DNA of 64,000 nt from Bdellovibrionota bacterium (lineage in GTDB: Bacteria > Bdellovibrionota > UBA1018 > CAIPTA01 > JAALKR01): NCBI GenBank assembly GCA_965207455.1, contig CBDBMJ010000001.1:1632001-1696000 (forward strand), in the 5' to 3' direction. Position 1 is the first letter of the stretch. Each line of letters starts with the position of its first letter. Under the pieces are notes generated by a model that saw only the letters and a list, made by a program, of their open reading frames with translations, was not told the origin of the DNA and searched no databases. The translations under genes were made by a program, and so were the position numbers. Shown here one piece after another: positions 33,273 through 43,401 of the stretch.

Positions 33273-33315
33273 AAAAATGCCGATTTCGTCAGAGGGTGAC
33301 GAAATCGGCATTTTT
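33273..33315. terminator. Bidirectional intrinsic terminator
   Basis: AAAAATGCCGATTTCGTCA-GAGGG-TGACGAAATCGGCATTTTT between convergent genes. Confidence 0.85.
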
Positions 33316-33346
33316 CTATATACATTTGGTGTATAGAGAATTTTTT

Positions 33347-34255
33347 TTAGTTCTTCTCTTCGATGTATTGTAGAATAGCTGCTTCCAAGTTTTCTCTGCT
33401 GGTTGTGAAGCTTTTCGTTTTCATCACCTTATCAGCAATAGCAGCTGCAGTAAGAGCGAAATTGTTAGTAGCCATAGATTCCTTTATAGCACTTTCAATG
33501 TCGTTCATGTCCTCTTCACTACGAACGCCTACAGAAGCAAAGAATGCTCGTGTGTCTGCGCCTGTAAGACTAGTGTCAACTACTTTCTTATGGAATGTAG
33601 CTATGGTTAGGGCCATACTTTCTGAATCTTCTTGAGTCAAGCCAAGACTTCTCAACTTGTCTGAATATACAGCTACTGTCAGACTTCTTTCCATAGCGGC
33701 CATTCCAGCAAGATCCTTCGGAAAACTACCTCCAACTACATTGGCAGGTAGGTTATAGCAAAACCCAGCTGCAGTACAGTGTAGGTATTGGTCGATTGGG
33801 TAGCTGTGTGGCGGCGTCGGCGTGCCGTCGTACATTGGGTTATCCATTTTCGTAACTTCCGTTAAGGGTAAGAGACTTCTATCATTGTTGTCCCAAGCGT
33901 TTGTTCTAGCAGCATGGCCAGAAGTGGTTCTATTCAGAACATAGTATTGCCCACTTGCACTGTCCTGAAGAACTTGCTTCCACTTCCCAGCGGTAGCCCC
34001 CCGCCCGTTCAGTGCTTCCCAATAAGGTTGTCCTTCCGCATTTTTTGGATGCTGATAGCCCTCCTTACCTTCTACTGATTCTAGACCAACTGACATTAGC
34101 CAACTAGTGAATTCAGCACCTCTTTCACCTCCAGCAGTCCTAGGGCTACCACCACCGCCGTCGCCGCCAGAAGAACAGGCACCTAGTCCAATAATTAGAG
34201 CAAGTCCCCATAAGGTTGATGTTATTGTTTTTATTTTGTTATTATATGTTTTCAT
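33347..34255 (-). CDS. Hypothetical lipoprotein
   Basis: Lipobox LGAC, a GGDGGGGS linker and an AAAGGA RBS. Confidence 0.8.
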   Translation of the reverse strand: MKTYNNKIKTITSTLWGLALIIGLGACSSGGDGGGGSPRTAGGERGAEFTSWLMSVGLESVEGKEGYQHPKNAEGQPYWEALNGRGATAGKWKQVLQDSASGQYYVLNRTTSGHAARTNAWDNNDRSLLPLTEVTKMDNPMYDGTPTPPHSYPIDQYLHCTAAGFCYNLPANVVGGSFPKDLAGMAAMERSLTVAVYSDKLRSLGLTQEDSESMALTIATFHKKVVDTSLTGADTRAFFASVGVRSEEDMNDIESAIKESMATNNFALTAAAIADKVMKTKSFTTSRENLEAAILQYIEEKN

Positions 34256-34942
34256 TTCATTTCCTTTCGTTTTGTTAATGTTGTTGTTTTTGCTCCTCTA
34301 AATCTGCATTTCACAATGTGTCATTAAATCGGCTGCTTTGTTGTAAGTACCGCGTTGGGCTTCATGTGTCAACAAAAAAATGAATTTATTGCAATATTTC
34401 TTTATCTCCGAATTGACTCACAAAAAAAATCACCAAAATAGCTTTGAGAACAGTGAGTTACGGTTAATTGATTTATAGCGCAATTCCGGGAAATATAACT
34501 GCAAGATTAACAGACCAAAGAGGTACATTATGAACAAACAAGCCGTAACACAATATTTACTAACAATAGCGGATTCTTACTGCAATAGCCTCAAGAGAGA
34601 AAAAACGAGAATACTGGATGAGAGGTCATGAAGGTCACTGAACCGCAAGCAGCTTATCAGATGCCTGCAAAAGGGTTCAGAGAGTATCATAAGGGGACGG
34701 GGTTTCGGGAGGAGATTCCCCGTCCCCCAGAGGGCTTCTTAAGCCCTATATTCAAAAATTATGGAAGAGGATGGGCTGTCCCTGCGCTCTAATCATGCAG
34801 GCAAGTTTACCGTAAGAATGAGATTGCTTTGTGGAATAAAAGAACTCAATCCTTTTGTCCTGAAAAGCGAAATGGACAAAAAACTAGACCAGCTTTTTTT
34901 ATTATTGTAGCGGTCTAAGAATGGAAAGGTGGCACGGGTTCA

Positions 34943-34972
34943 ATGCGACGCTCCTTGGTCTGCTTTCATTAT
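34943..34972 (+). repeat. 30-bp target-site duplication, left copy
   Basis: ATGCGACGCTCCTTGGTCTGCTTTCATTAT, identical to 36710-36739. Confidence 0.95.
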
Positions 34973-36709
34973 CCCGAGTTCGACGCATCATAGAGAATTT
35001 CACCCTGCTAATTTTTTTAAGTAGCTGAAATTATTTCAAATTTAATTTTTTTTCTGAAAAGTCGAATTGTAGTGCCTCAATCCATTGTAAGGCATGTTGG
35101 TACTGCACATAATGATGAAGAGTTAAAAGACCTCTTACATCTTGCTGCAACCATTAAATGTCGTATGGAGGAAGAAAAACAGCCCAGTCTACCCATATTC
35201 ACGCCAGAGCAATTGGTAGAGCGACATTCCTATAAAGAAACAGATAAGTCGATAAAAGTAGATTTAAAAAAGCTCAGGGAAGAGCAGCGATTTAATGAAG
35301 GAGTTCCAGAAGTATTTGGCGCTTTATATAAACAATTAAAGTTTGATTTTGTTTTTACAGGAAGATTTGCCGAAACAAATAATGCTATTTTAAAAAGCTG
35401 TGTTTTAGCGAGATTGGCAAATCCATCCAGCAAGCTGAGGACATCTGAACTCTTAGAGGAGGATTTTGGCGTAAAATTACCAGTAGAAAAGATTTACAGA
35501 ATGATGACTCAACTAAGTAAATCTGCAGGGCAGAGGCTCCGAGATTTAGTCAGGGAGTCCACGTTAGATTTATTACATCAAAAAGTTGATATTCTTCTAT
35601 TTGATGTAACTACTCTCTACTTTGAGAGCTTTACTCCTGATGATTTAAGGAATTTTGGATTTAGTAAGGATTGTAAGTTTAAGGAAACTCAGGTAGTGCT
35701 AGCACTTATCACAACACCCAAGGGGCTGCCTATTTCGTATGAGGTTTTTCCAGGTAACACGATGGAAATGAAAACATTGATTCCGTCTATTAAAAAATTA
35801 AAAGAGAAATACACGCTTAATGATATTGACTTTGCTGCAGACAGAGGGATGTTCTCTGATCAAAATTTGAGCGAACTCGAAAGAGAAAACCTGCGGTATG
35901 TTGTGGGGGCAAAGCTCAAAAATATGTCAAAAACAATGAAGGAGAATATTCTCCAAATTAATAAAAATAATGAAAATAATAGCTTTAAGACGACAGATCT
36001 GGACTATAAGGGACGGAGGCTTGTTATAAGCTACTGCCCCTTCAGGGCATCAAACGATCGCAAGGCACGAGAAAGACTTGTGGATAGAGTAAAAAAAATA
36101 GCTGATAAGGATGGCCAGATCGAGGTTAAAAAATTGGTTAAAAACAATGGGACTAATAAATTTTTAACATTTGAATCCAAAAGAAGTGCAGTGATCGATG
36201 ATAAAAAAATTAAATCTTCCGAGCAATGGGATGGAATAACAGGCTATATTACCAACTCCAAGCAATCAGCAGTAAGTGTTATTAAAAGGTATCGGTCCCT
36301 TTGGGAAATTGAAGAATCATTTAGAATAAATAAGCACGACTTAAAAGTCCGCCCAATCTATCACAGGATGCCGTATAGGATTGAGGCTCACCTTGATATA
36401 TGTTTTTTAACCTATGCCTTAGCTAGGCAATTGAGCTATCGCTATGAAGTGCAACAGGGGGAGAGAATAAGCTTCAACCGAATAAGAGATGAACTCCTGA
36501 GAGTCCAAGCATCAGTTCTTGTAGACACAGAAACGAAAAAAAGATATGTGGTTCCATCAAAAGCATCTCCAGCAGCAAAGAAATTATACCAAGTAATGGG
36601 CATGAAGCGTTCGCTTGTTCCCTATGAAATAGAGTAAACGTAGTGCCTCACGCCGCACTAAATCATCGCTCCCAGAGCTGCTCTTCAGCTTTGACGCGTC
36701 GAACTCAGG
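34973..36709 (+). mobile_element. IS1634 family insertion sequence
   Basis: 18-bp terminal IRs (CCCGAGTTCGACGCATCA / TGACGCGTCGAACTCAGG, 16/18 match), 30-bp flanking direct repeats and the transposase. Confidence 0.92.
35072..36637 (+). CDS. IS1634 family DDE transposase (N-terminus probably deleted)
   Basis: LLFDVTTLYFES, GFSKDCK..QVVLAL, AADRGM and YRSLWEIEESFRINKHDLKVRPIYH. Confidence 0.92.
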   Translation: MPQSIVRHVGTAHNDEELKDLLHLAATIKCRMEEEKQPSLPIFTPEQLVERHSYKETDKSIKVDLKKLREEQRFNEGVPEVFGALYKQLKFDFVFTGRFAETNNAILKSCVLARLANPSSKLRTSELLEEDFGVKLPVEKIYRMMTQLSKSAGQRLRDLVRESTLDLLHQKVDILLFDVTTLYFESFTPDDLRNFGFSKDCKFKETQVVLALITTPKGLPISYEVFPGNTMEMKTLIPSIKKLKEKYTLNDIDFAADRGMFSDQNLSELERENLRYVVGAKLKNMSKTMKENILQINKNNENNSFKTTDLDYKGRRLVISYCPFRASNDRKARERLVDRVKKIADKDGQIEVKKLVKNNGTNKFLTFESKRSAVIDDKKIKSSEQWDGITGYITNSKQSAVSVIKRYRSLWEIEESFRINKHDLKVRPIYHRMPYRIEAHLDICFLTYALARQLSYRYEVQQGERISFNRIRDELLRVQASVLVDTETKKRYVVPSKASPAAKKLYQVMGMKRSLVPYEIE

Positions 36710-36739
36710 ATGCGACGCTCCTTGGTCTGCTTTCATTAT
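36710..36739 (+). repeat. 30-bp target-site duplication, right copy
   Basis: Identical to 34943-34972. Confidence 0.95.
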
Positions 36740-36755
36740 GAGTTAATTACGATGT

Positions 36756-39700
36756 CTATCGAATAGGTAGAAATTTAAGGGTTTTTTTGCGATTCTCTGC
36801 GCAATAAAAGACAAAGGCCATGCTTTTTCCTTCCCATGATGCCGAATCTAAGGCAGAGCAGCCCTCTGGGATATGGAGGTTAAAGCGAGTGGGAGCATAT
36901 AGTTTACCATTTTTATCTATTGTTAAAAGGAATAGGTGCTTTTTGGTAATAGGAGAGTAATCTACCTCAAAAGCTGGGCGTAGTGGTTTATCTTTTCCTC
37001 CAAAGAAAGAGAGACTAATCGTTGAGTGGAAAAAGAAGCCGGGCAGAAGAGAGGATTTAACCAAAGGAAAACGGCTATAGACCGGCTCTTTTGAATCAGA
37101 GGCAGCTAGTAGAACAAGTCCATCTGTTTCCTCAAAGAGGCTATAGGTTGAGTTTTTAGAGGTAAATGTAGCAAGATGGGATTGAATTCTTCGCACTAGC
37201 AAATCTTCAGAGATTTTAAGGAGCTCACTACCTGGGCGCAATTTATAGTTGGAGTCCCAAACAGAGGTAAAGCCCAATTCTAAATTTTGGATTTGGTACA
37301 TTGCTAATGGCATGCCATATTTAAAATTTCTATCTGTAAATTCAATGACGGGTTCACCTGAAGATCCATAAGAGCATAAATCAGGAGAGACAGATTTGAT
37401 GTTTTCTACCGTCCGGTTTTGTAATCCATGATATCCTGTACTTAGTATATAGCAACCGTCTTTAATAACCCGAAATAATATATCTGTAGTTCCCGTATCA
37501 AAATCCTTACTAGGTTGTGGGAGTATTTGTAGAATCTTACCACTTCTGTAAAAATCTAGGTTTAGTTTTTCTTTAATATTTCTTTTAAATAATGCATTTT
37601 CAAAAGCATAAAAATTCATCCATCCATGCTTATTGGGGTCAAAGTCCAAATAATAAATTCGTTTTTGGTATTTTTCCGGCTCCTCGTTGGAGAAAATAGA
37701 ATTTGCTCTATCCGAATTTATTAATCTTCCTTTAGTATGAAATATAGGTAGGGCAATATGTCTGCCATTATCTAATTCTTTTTTATAAAAAGAGAAAAAC
37801 TCATAAGGAGATTCTACGTTGACAGGTGAACTATAGGTTTGTTGGTTTAGCAAGGGTGAGAAGTCATGTTTCACAAAGCTATACTGTACAGATTTTATTA
37901 CCTTATTGCGATTTCCAGCTTCCACCCTCTCTGGATGAGCGGAAATTACAAGGTAATCGAGCTTACCGTCATAGTTTAAATCTATGCGCATGATTCTAAT
38001 AAGCAAAGATGCATTAGGAATTTCAATAGTATTTGCTCTTTTTATTTTATTATCCAATAATCGAAAAACATGAATTTTTAAATATTTTTCATTTTCCCTT
38101 AAAGGTTCTTCAATCATGTATTCAGGTTTCGTATTGATATCACCTAAATGGGCATGAATGGTTTTTGGACTCACATCTCTCATATCTTCTCTTGTTTCCC
38201 ATTCGGTTGGGTATACAAGCGGAAAGGAAATCAGACTGGTGTCCTTTTCTATATTTCGAGATATATCCACTCGATGGGAAAAACTCCCTTGCGATTTACC
38301 GTTTGCCCATAGAGAGACGTCAAAAGAAAAGTGACTTCCTTCATCTATTTTTTTAATATTCACAGAAACAGGGAAGGAGAATTCCTGAGACTCTGGATTG
38401 GAAAAATTAAATTCTTTTTGAGTGAATGTATAGTTAGGTGTATGGCTTTTTAGTCTCACTCGAATATTTTTTGCTTTTTTCCATAGGCTTTTTATTTTTA
38501 TATTCAATGGAGACGTTTTTATCGTATGACTGTTTTCCATAAAAAAGCGTAATGTGCCCAGCCCCTTAAAGTCTGGACGAACCACCACTTGTTCTTCTGC
38601 CTCTACTGCCTGCCATATTCTCGGTGTTCCATCTAAGACAGGCTTATTGCCTACTCGCTTATGGGCCGAGACAATTAAACGAGCTCGCAGTTCATTGCTT
38701 GAAATATCTGGATAAATACTTTTCAGTATGCCTGCCATACCTGAAATAATGGCTGTGGCTTGAGAGGTTCCAGAAAGGATATTATAGTTATTTTGTACAT
38801 GGAAGAATCGAGTACTAAAAGAACTCTTTGGATAGGTGCTTAAAATTTCCACACCAGGGGCAGTGAAATCCACATGTCCGCCGTAGTTGGAAAATTTAGC
38901 AACAGCACCAGTTATGGATGTGGCTCCCACACAAATCACACTATCGTATGCGCAGGGAAATATTTGAGTATCATGAGCACTGTTGCCAGCAGCTGCTACA
39001 ATAGTAATGCCCTTCTCAACTACTTCTGCAAAAGTTTTTTGCAGAATTTTGGATTCCAGAACAGCGGGCCACCCAAAACTAAGATTGATTATATCCACGT
39101 TACGATGAATAGCATAGTACATGGCTTGAATAAACCGGTCGGTAAGTAGTACTTTCTCTTTGTTTTCTTTGCTGTCAATAGGAGAGCTGTATTGAAAGAC
39201 TTTAATGGGAAGTATTTTAATTTTACTTGAAATTCCAGCGATGCCTTCATTATTATTTATTTGAGCTGCAATAATTCCGGCTAGGTGAGTTCCATGACCG
39301 CTGCTATCGGAAACATCATTTTTTCCCCCCACCCCTTTATAAACAAAATTCCAGCCCATGCAATCACCAGGATAATCTTTGCCATATTTTTCAGGTTTAG
39401 GATTTGCAGGAATACTTCCATCACTGGTGCATTCATCCTTCTTTTTTAAAATCGAATTCTTCAAATCCGGGTGATTTACATCTATCCCACCATCTACTAC
39501 AGCAACAATAACCTCTCTTTTACTAAGTGCTTCCAATTTTTTCATTTGCTTCCACCAATCACCTAGGCTTGAACTTGAAGATATACCCACATCCTCTGGA
39601 TCTTCGCATTGAAAGGTATTTTTTAATTTACAGCTTTCTGTATAAAGATTGATGTCGTCAATGTCCCGGTCGAGTGTCTGACCTATATTTTTAAGGTACC

Positions 39701-40082
39701 ATTGATAACCAAAAAAAGGGTCAGATACAGGATATTTCAAATTTTGTATGGGATTAATAGTAGAAATTTTTATAGGCAATTTAATATTAAGATCGACCAG
39801 CTCTACATCACTTAAGCTTTCTAGCTTTTTTATGTCAGCCTCATTGTTAGATTTCAAATGAAGTGCAGCTATTCGACTAAAGTAAGTGTTAGGGGAAGCA
39901 TGAGGTATCAGTTTTTTCACACTTTTTACAAATGGAAGCTCTTGAATTTTTAATAGGGTTTTATTAGATGGAGTGGAACGAAATAAAACGATATGGCTTG
40001 GAGGAACGGGTGCCGTAGTGGCTAGACTCAATTGAGCACAGCAAAAAAAAGTAACTATGAAAAAAATATTTCTCATTATCAT
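36756..40082 (-). CDS. Secreted S8 (subtilisin-like) serine protease with a long C-terminal extension
   Basis: Signal peptide; triad VAVVDGG, GHGTHLAGIIAA and SGTSQAT; AAAGN oxyanion motif; FG-GAP-like DLNYDGKLDYLV. Confidence 0.92.
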   Translation of the reverse strand: MIMRNIFFIVTFFCCAQLSLATTAPVPPSHIVLFRSTPSNKTLLKIQELPFVKSVKKLIPHASPNTYFSRIAALHLKSNNEADIKKLESLSDVELVDLNIKLPIKISTINPIQNLKYPVSDPFFGYQWYLKNIGQTLDRDIDDINLYTESCKLKNTFQCEDPEDVGISSSSSLGDWWKQMKKLEALSKREVIVAVVDGGIDVNHPDLKNSILKKKDECTSDGSIPANPKPEKYGKDYPGDCMGWNFVYKGVGGKNDVSDSSGHGTHLAGIIAAQINNNEGIAGISSKIKILPIKVFQYSSPIDSKENKEKVLLTDRFIQAMYYAIHRNVDIINLSFGWPAVLESKILQKTFAEVVEKGITIVAAAGNSAHDTQIFPCAYDSVICVGATSITGAVAKFSNYGGHVDFTAPGVEILSTYPKSSFSTRFFHVQNNYNILSGTSQATAIISGMAGILKSIYPDISSNELRARLIVSAHKRVGNKPVLDGTPRIWQAVEAEEQVVVRPDFKGLGTLRFFMENSHTIKTSPLNIKIKSLWKKAKNIRVRLKSHTPNYTFTQKEFNFSNPESQEFSFPVSVNIKKIDEGSHFSFDVSLWANGKSQGSFSHRVDISRNIEKDTSLISFPLVYPTEWETREDMRDVSPKTIHAHLGDINTKPEYMIEEPLRENEKYLKIHVFRLLDNKIKRANTIEIPNASLLIRIMRIDLNYDGKLDYLVISAHPERVEAGNRNKVIKSVQYSFVKHDFSPLLNQQTYSSPVNVESPYEFFSFYKKELDNGRHIALPIFHTKGRLINSDRANSIFSNEEPEKYQKRIYYLDFDPNKHGWMNFYAFENALFKRNIKEKLNLDFYRSGKILQILPQPSKDFDTGTTDILFRVIKDGCYILSTGYHGLQNRTVENIKSVSPDLCSYGSSGEPVIEFTDRNFKYGMPLAMYQIQNLELGFTSVWDSNYKLRPGSELLKISEDLLVRRIQSHLATFTSKNSTYSLFEETDGLVLLAASDSKEPVYSRFPLVKSSLLPGFFFHSTISLSFFGGKDKPLRPAFEVDYSPITKKHLFLLTIDKNGKLYAPTRFNLHIPEGCSALDSASWEGKSMAFVFYCAENRKKTLKFLPIR

Positions 40083-43000
40083 AAAAACTCCAATAACCAA
40101 AGAGCAAAGAACTCTCCATGAGACATTTTTGATGCTTGTAATAGAAAATTAGAAGGACCTTGTACCATTTTGGAAGAAACACGACCTCTACTATTACCTA
40201 AAATAGACTCGTATGCAGATTCATCTCCCTCTCGAAAACCTGTAATCCTGGGTTGGACATAAATATTTTCCATCCCTCCTGCAAAAGCAGCAAGCCCATC
40301 TAGATTCGTATGTCCTGATAGAAAATCGATTGTCTTGAGGGCATAATTGGCAGCGGCCTCAGCGTCTCCAGATTTTACGCTACGCTGGTACTTAGCTTTC
40401 ATATATTGAAGCTTTCTTAAAGGATTGACTCTACGAGTAATCATATCTGCTGCTGGGTTGGTTATTCTGCAATCATATTGAACGCTATTCCAACATTTTC
40501 CGTGTTTTTTGAATAGGCGCCTTAAATCTTTCTTGGGCATGTTCATAATATTTAGGATAGATTTTTCATAAAGATTTACATTAACAACGAAGCTGTACAA
40601 TTGTATATTTTCCACGTCATTGAATCTCTTTAGGTCAAAAACGTCATAAGAGAATTGCTTATTAATATTTTTGATTCTTTTCAATATATCCTTCTTATCT
40701 GTTTCCCATCCTCTCCATCGGTGTTCCAACCTCACATAAGGATTTTCTAAAAAATTTTTACCACTGTGTTCTTCGTTGACAATTGCCTCCAAAACACTTG
40801 TATGGGTTTGGGAGCTTCCATAGAGGGTATTTCCCGGGTCGCCATTATTTTGGATTTTTAATGAAATATCTGATTTCAGCCATTTGTTTAAGATGCTGCT
40901 AAGTGCATTAATTGCCATAGTGCTGGGATCTTTACCTACACGCCCTCCCATGTTTGCTCGTATGATCTTCCCTTTTTGACCGTTTGGTCTTTCCACATCT
41001 ATCAATGCTTGATTCCTGAGTTTTTTAGAGGTGAAATATAGAAAATTAAAAGAACTCACCGTTTCAGATACTTTGTGTCGAATCTTCCAAGGGTTTTGCC
41101 AAGTACGGAGTAACTCTAAAGACCCATTAAAAAGAATGGCACGTAGAGCATGGATATTCTCCATGACTTTTTTATTCTTCTTCATTTCTGGTTCAATATT
41201 TAATTTATAGTGATCTATGGACGCAGTACCATAAGGCATTTTACGGACATTAAATTGAAGGATACTCACATCAAGAGCCTTAATACCGAATCCAAAACTG
41301 AATTTTAAAGCATTTCCGGTGTCATCGTAAATATGGATTGAGTTTTTGCTCTCTTTATAAATATGAAGACGGGAAATAATAGTCTCTGTGGCTCGTACTT
41401 CCGCATAAATTCTAAGTAAGTTTCCCGGGGAATACGAGGGGTTTAATCTAGCATAAGCGCCAAATCGGTCAGAAATAATAAAAGATTCTCCGCTCTTCAT
41501 ATTTTTATGGAAAAGAGACATCGCCTTCTTAATTTTCTTTTGTTTTTCCTCATCTTCTACTTCGTCAAAATTCCCGTCTAGGAGGTCGTCAAATATCTCA
41601 GCATACTTATCCTTAACCATGGGTACGAATAGGTTTTTAAAAGGACTTTTCATAGCTTGCTTAACACTGGTGACAGGAGTTAAATGAGTATATACTTTGG
41701 AATAAAATCCGTTCGCTCCAGCACTTAAACTCATGTTTTTTGGTAAATCCCCGTAGGCTCCCATAAAAACCCCAGCCTCTAGGGCAACACCAATTGAATC
41801 GGCTAACTGAATACGATTATTGGTACCTAAATATTGTCCCACCACTATATTTCTAGAGGCAATGATATTGGCAGAATAATAAGGAGTGGACCAGGTGCTG
41901 AAAGGAATTTCTTTGGCTTCTCCTGTCTTTATACTTTCAATTAAAGTATCAAAAAATTTATTATTGAAAGATTCCTGACCTTTCGCTAAAACATTTGCAG
42001 GGGGGAGTAAGGTTTCATTTATTTCTAGCATAAGTGCTGAAAGGGCATTACTAATAACCTCTGATGTGAAATAAGCTCTAATCTCACTTTTGGATAGGGG
42101 AGATTCAGGATCACCAAATGCAAAACGACTGCCATATCCTTCCCAATTTTCCTGCATTAATTTTCCATTCTTTAAGTTTTTTCCTAAACTAATTTTTGGA
42201 GAAAAAGGTATAACTTTTTGTTTAACAAAAGATTGGAGTTCTAATTTTTTTATCAGGTCGTTACGACGGGAAATAATTTTTTCCACCAGAACAGTACTTA
42301 CCTCTTCAGGAAGATGGGCTGCTTGAACAATCTCCTCAAAATCCTTCCTTGTAAGCTTAGCAACTCTCAGTGCCATCCAATGAACATCAGCTAGGTCTGG
42401 CTTTAGACCATTTCTTGCTATTGAATAGGGTAAATGCAAATGACCATCTACAGTTTTCCCCAAGTTCCAGGAAAAAAGATTCACACTCTCAGGTACATCC
42501 GTAAGTGCATAGGGCACTTTGAGAGAACGAAAAATTCTTCGCCCCCGGTCTATACGAGAAACATTCATTCCTATGGCAAGATTATATTGCGAACTCTGCG
42601 CCATGATAATTCCATCTTGCATTTCTAAATAAGTAGCATCTTCTTTCACTTTCCAATACGTTGTGGTTTCTCCTGTAGATATATTTTCTGTATTACCTTG
42701 CTCAATATTTTTAATCCAACGATTTGGAGTTCCCAGTGTATCCTGAGGTACTTTTGTTCCTATATAGTCTGCCAGTATAAAGCGATTTCTCCCAAAGTTC
42801 ACACGAAAGGATTTCAGGTATGCTATGGGGGGAACGCTATAGCCCAACTTCCTTAAAATTGCCATTCGAAGTAAAATACTATGAACTTTCTTCCCCAAGA
42901 AAATAGTAAATATTTTTTCTGAACCATTTGGCTGAAATTGTTTTACGGAGAGTTGATGGAAATCGGGAGGACTGGGATCAACCGCTTTTAAATAGGTGAA

Positions 43001-43312
43001 TGATTCTCCTGTTTCCCTTACGCTAAGTGCTGGAGGGGAGATAAAGCCCCGATTTTGCCATATTTGGGAAGACCGAGGTTCTAGCTCAAAAATATCCCAG
43101 AACCCTTGAAGCTCCCCTTGCTTGACCTCTTGGATGCTTAGGATCTCCTTATTATAGGTGAGATCTGTAGCAGGTGGACGAAATATATGCTCTTCATCTT
43201 CAAGAGGAATATAGTCGGGCATTTTGGAAAGAGGGGATGCTTCGGCACTGTTCGTATACACAAACCCAAGTAATAGGGCGAATATAAAGTATTTTTTAAA
43301 ATTCATAATCAT
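40079..43312 (-). CDS. Large secreted hypothetical protein
   Basis: About 1077-aa ORF with a signal peptide (KKYFIFALLLGFVYTNSAEA); ATGA overlap with the subtilase. Confidence 0.85.
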   Translation of the reverse strand: MIMNFKKYFIFALLLGFVYTNSAEASPLSKMPDYIPLEDEEHIFRPPATDLTYNKEILSIQEVKQGELQGFWDIFELEPRSSQIWQNRGFISPPALSVRETGESFTYLKAVDPSPPDFHQLSVKQFQPNGSEKIFTIFLGKKVHSILLRMAILRKLGYSVPPIAYLKSFRVNFGRNRFILADYIGTKVPQDTLGTPNRWIKNIEQGNTENISTGETTTYWKVKEDATYLEMQDGIIMAQSSQYNLAIGMNVSRIDRGRRIFRSLKVPYALTDVPESVNLFSWNLGKTVDGHLHLPYSIARNGLKPDLADVHWMALRVAKLTRKDFEEIVQAAHLPEEVSTVLVEKIISRRNDLIKKLELQSFVKQKVIPFSPKISLGKNLKNGKLMQENWEGYGSRFAFGDPESPLSKSEIRAYFTSEVISNALSALMLEINETLLPPANVLAKGQESFNNKFFDTLIESIKTGEAKEIPFSTWSTPYYSANIIASRNIVVGQYLGTNNRIQLADSIGVALEAGVFMGAYGDLPKNMSLSAGANGFYSKVYTHLTPVTSVKQAMKSPFKNLFVPMVKDKYAEIFDDLLDGNFDEVEDEEKQKKIKKAMSLFHKNMKSGESFIISDRFGAYARLNPSYSPGNLLRIYAEVRATETIISRLHIYKESKNSIHIYDDTGNALKFSFGFGIKALDVSILQFNVRKMPYGTASIDHYKLNIEPEMKKNKKVMENIHALRAILFNGSLELLRTWQNPWKIRHKVSETVSSFNFLYFTSKKLRNQALIDVERPNGQKGKIIRANMGGRVGKDPSTMAINALSSILNKWLKSDISLKIQNNGDPGNTLYGSSQTHTSVLEAIVNEEHSGKNFLENPYVRLEHRWRGWETDKKDILKRIKNINKQFSYDVFDLKRFNDVENIQLYSFVVNVNLYEKSILNIMNMPKKDLRRLFKKHGKCWNSVQYDCRITNPAADMITRRVNPLRKLQYMKAKYQRSVKSGDAEAAANYALKTIDFLSGHTNLDGLAAFAGGMENIYVQPRITGFREGDESAYESILGNSRGRVSSKMVQGPSNFLLQASKMSHGEFFALWLLEFL

Positions 43313-43344
43313 ATTAAAACTCTCTTTCCTTTCTGACAAGATGC

Positions 43345-43373
43345 ACTATAGCATGGAGATTTTAATATTGCAA
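43345..43373 (-). promoter_or_regulatory. Putative sigma70 promoter for the 43312-36756 operon
   Basis: TTGCAA-N17-TATAGT with an extended -10 TG. Confidence 0.6.
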
Positions 43374-43401
43374 TGCATTTATTGCATAGTATCAAAATTC
43401 G

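Larger units (their letters stand above)
34409..36751 (+). mobile_element. Decayed, internally deleted copy of the rve-type IS, interrupted in its right end by IS1634
   Basis: Left end CGAATTGACTCA at 34409, a frameshifted MNKQAVTQYLL start at 34530, transposase 3' sequence at about 34840-34920 and an imperfect right IR TTATGAGTTAATTACG at 36736-36751. Confidence 0.8.

Noticed and set aside
34930..34947. TGGCACG as a sigma54 -24 box near the NtrC-type regulator
   Set aside because: No GC at the -12 spacing, and it lies inside IS sequence.
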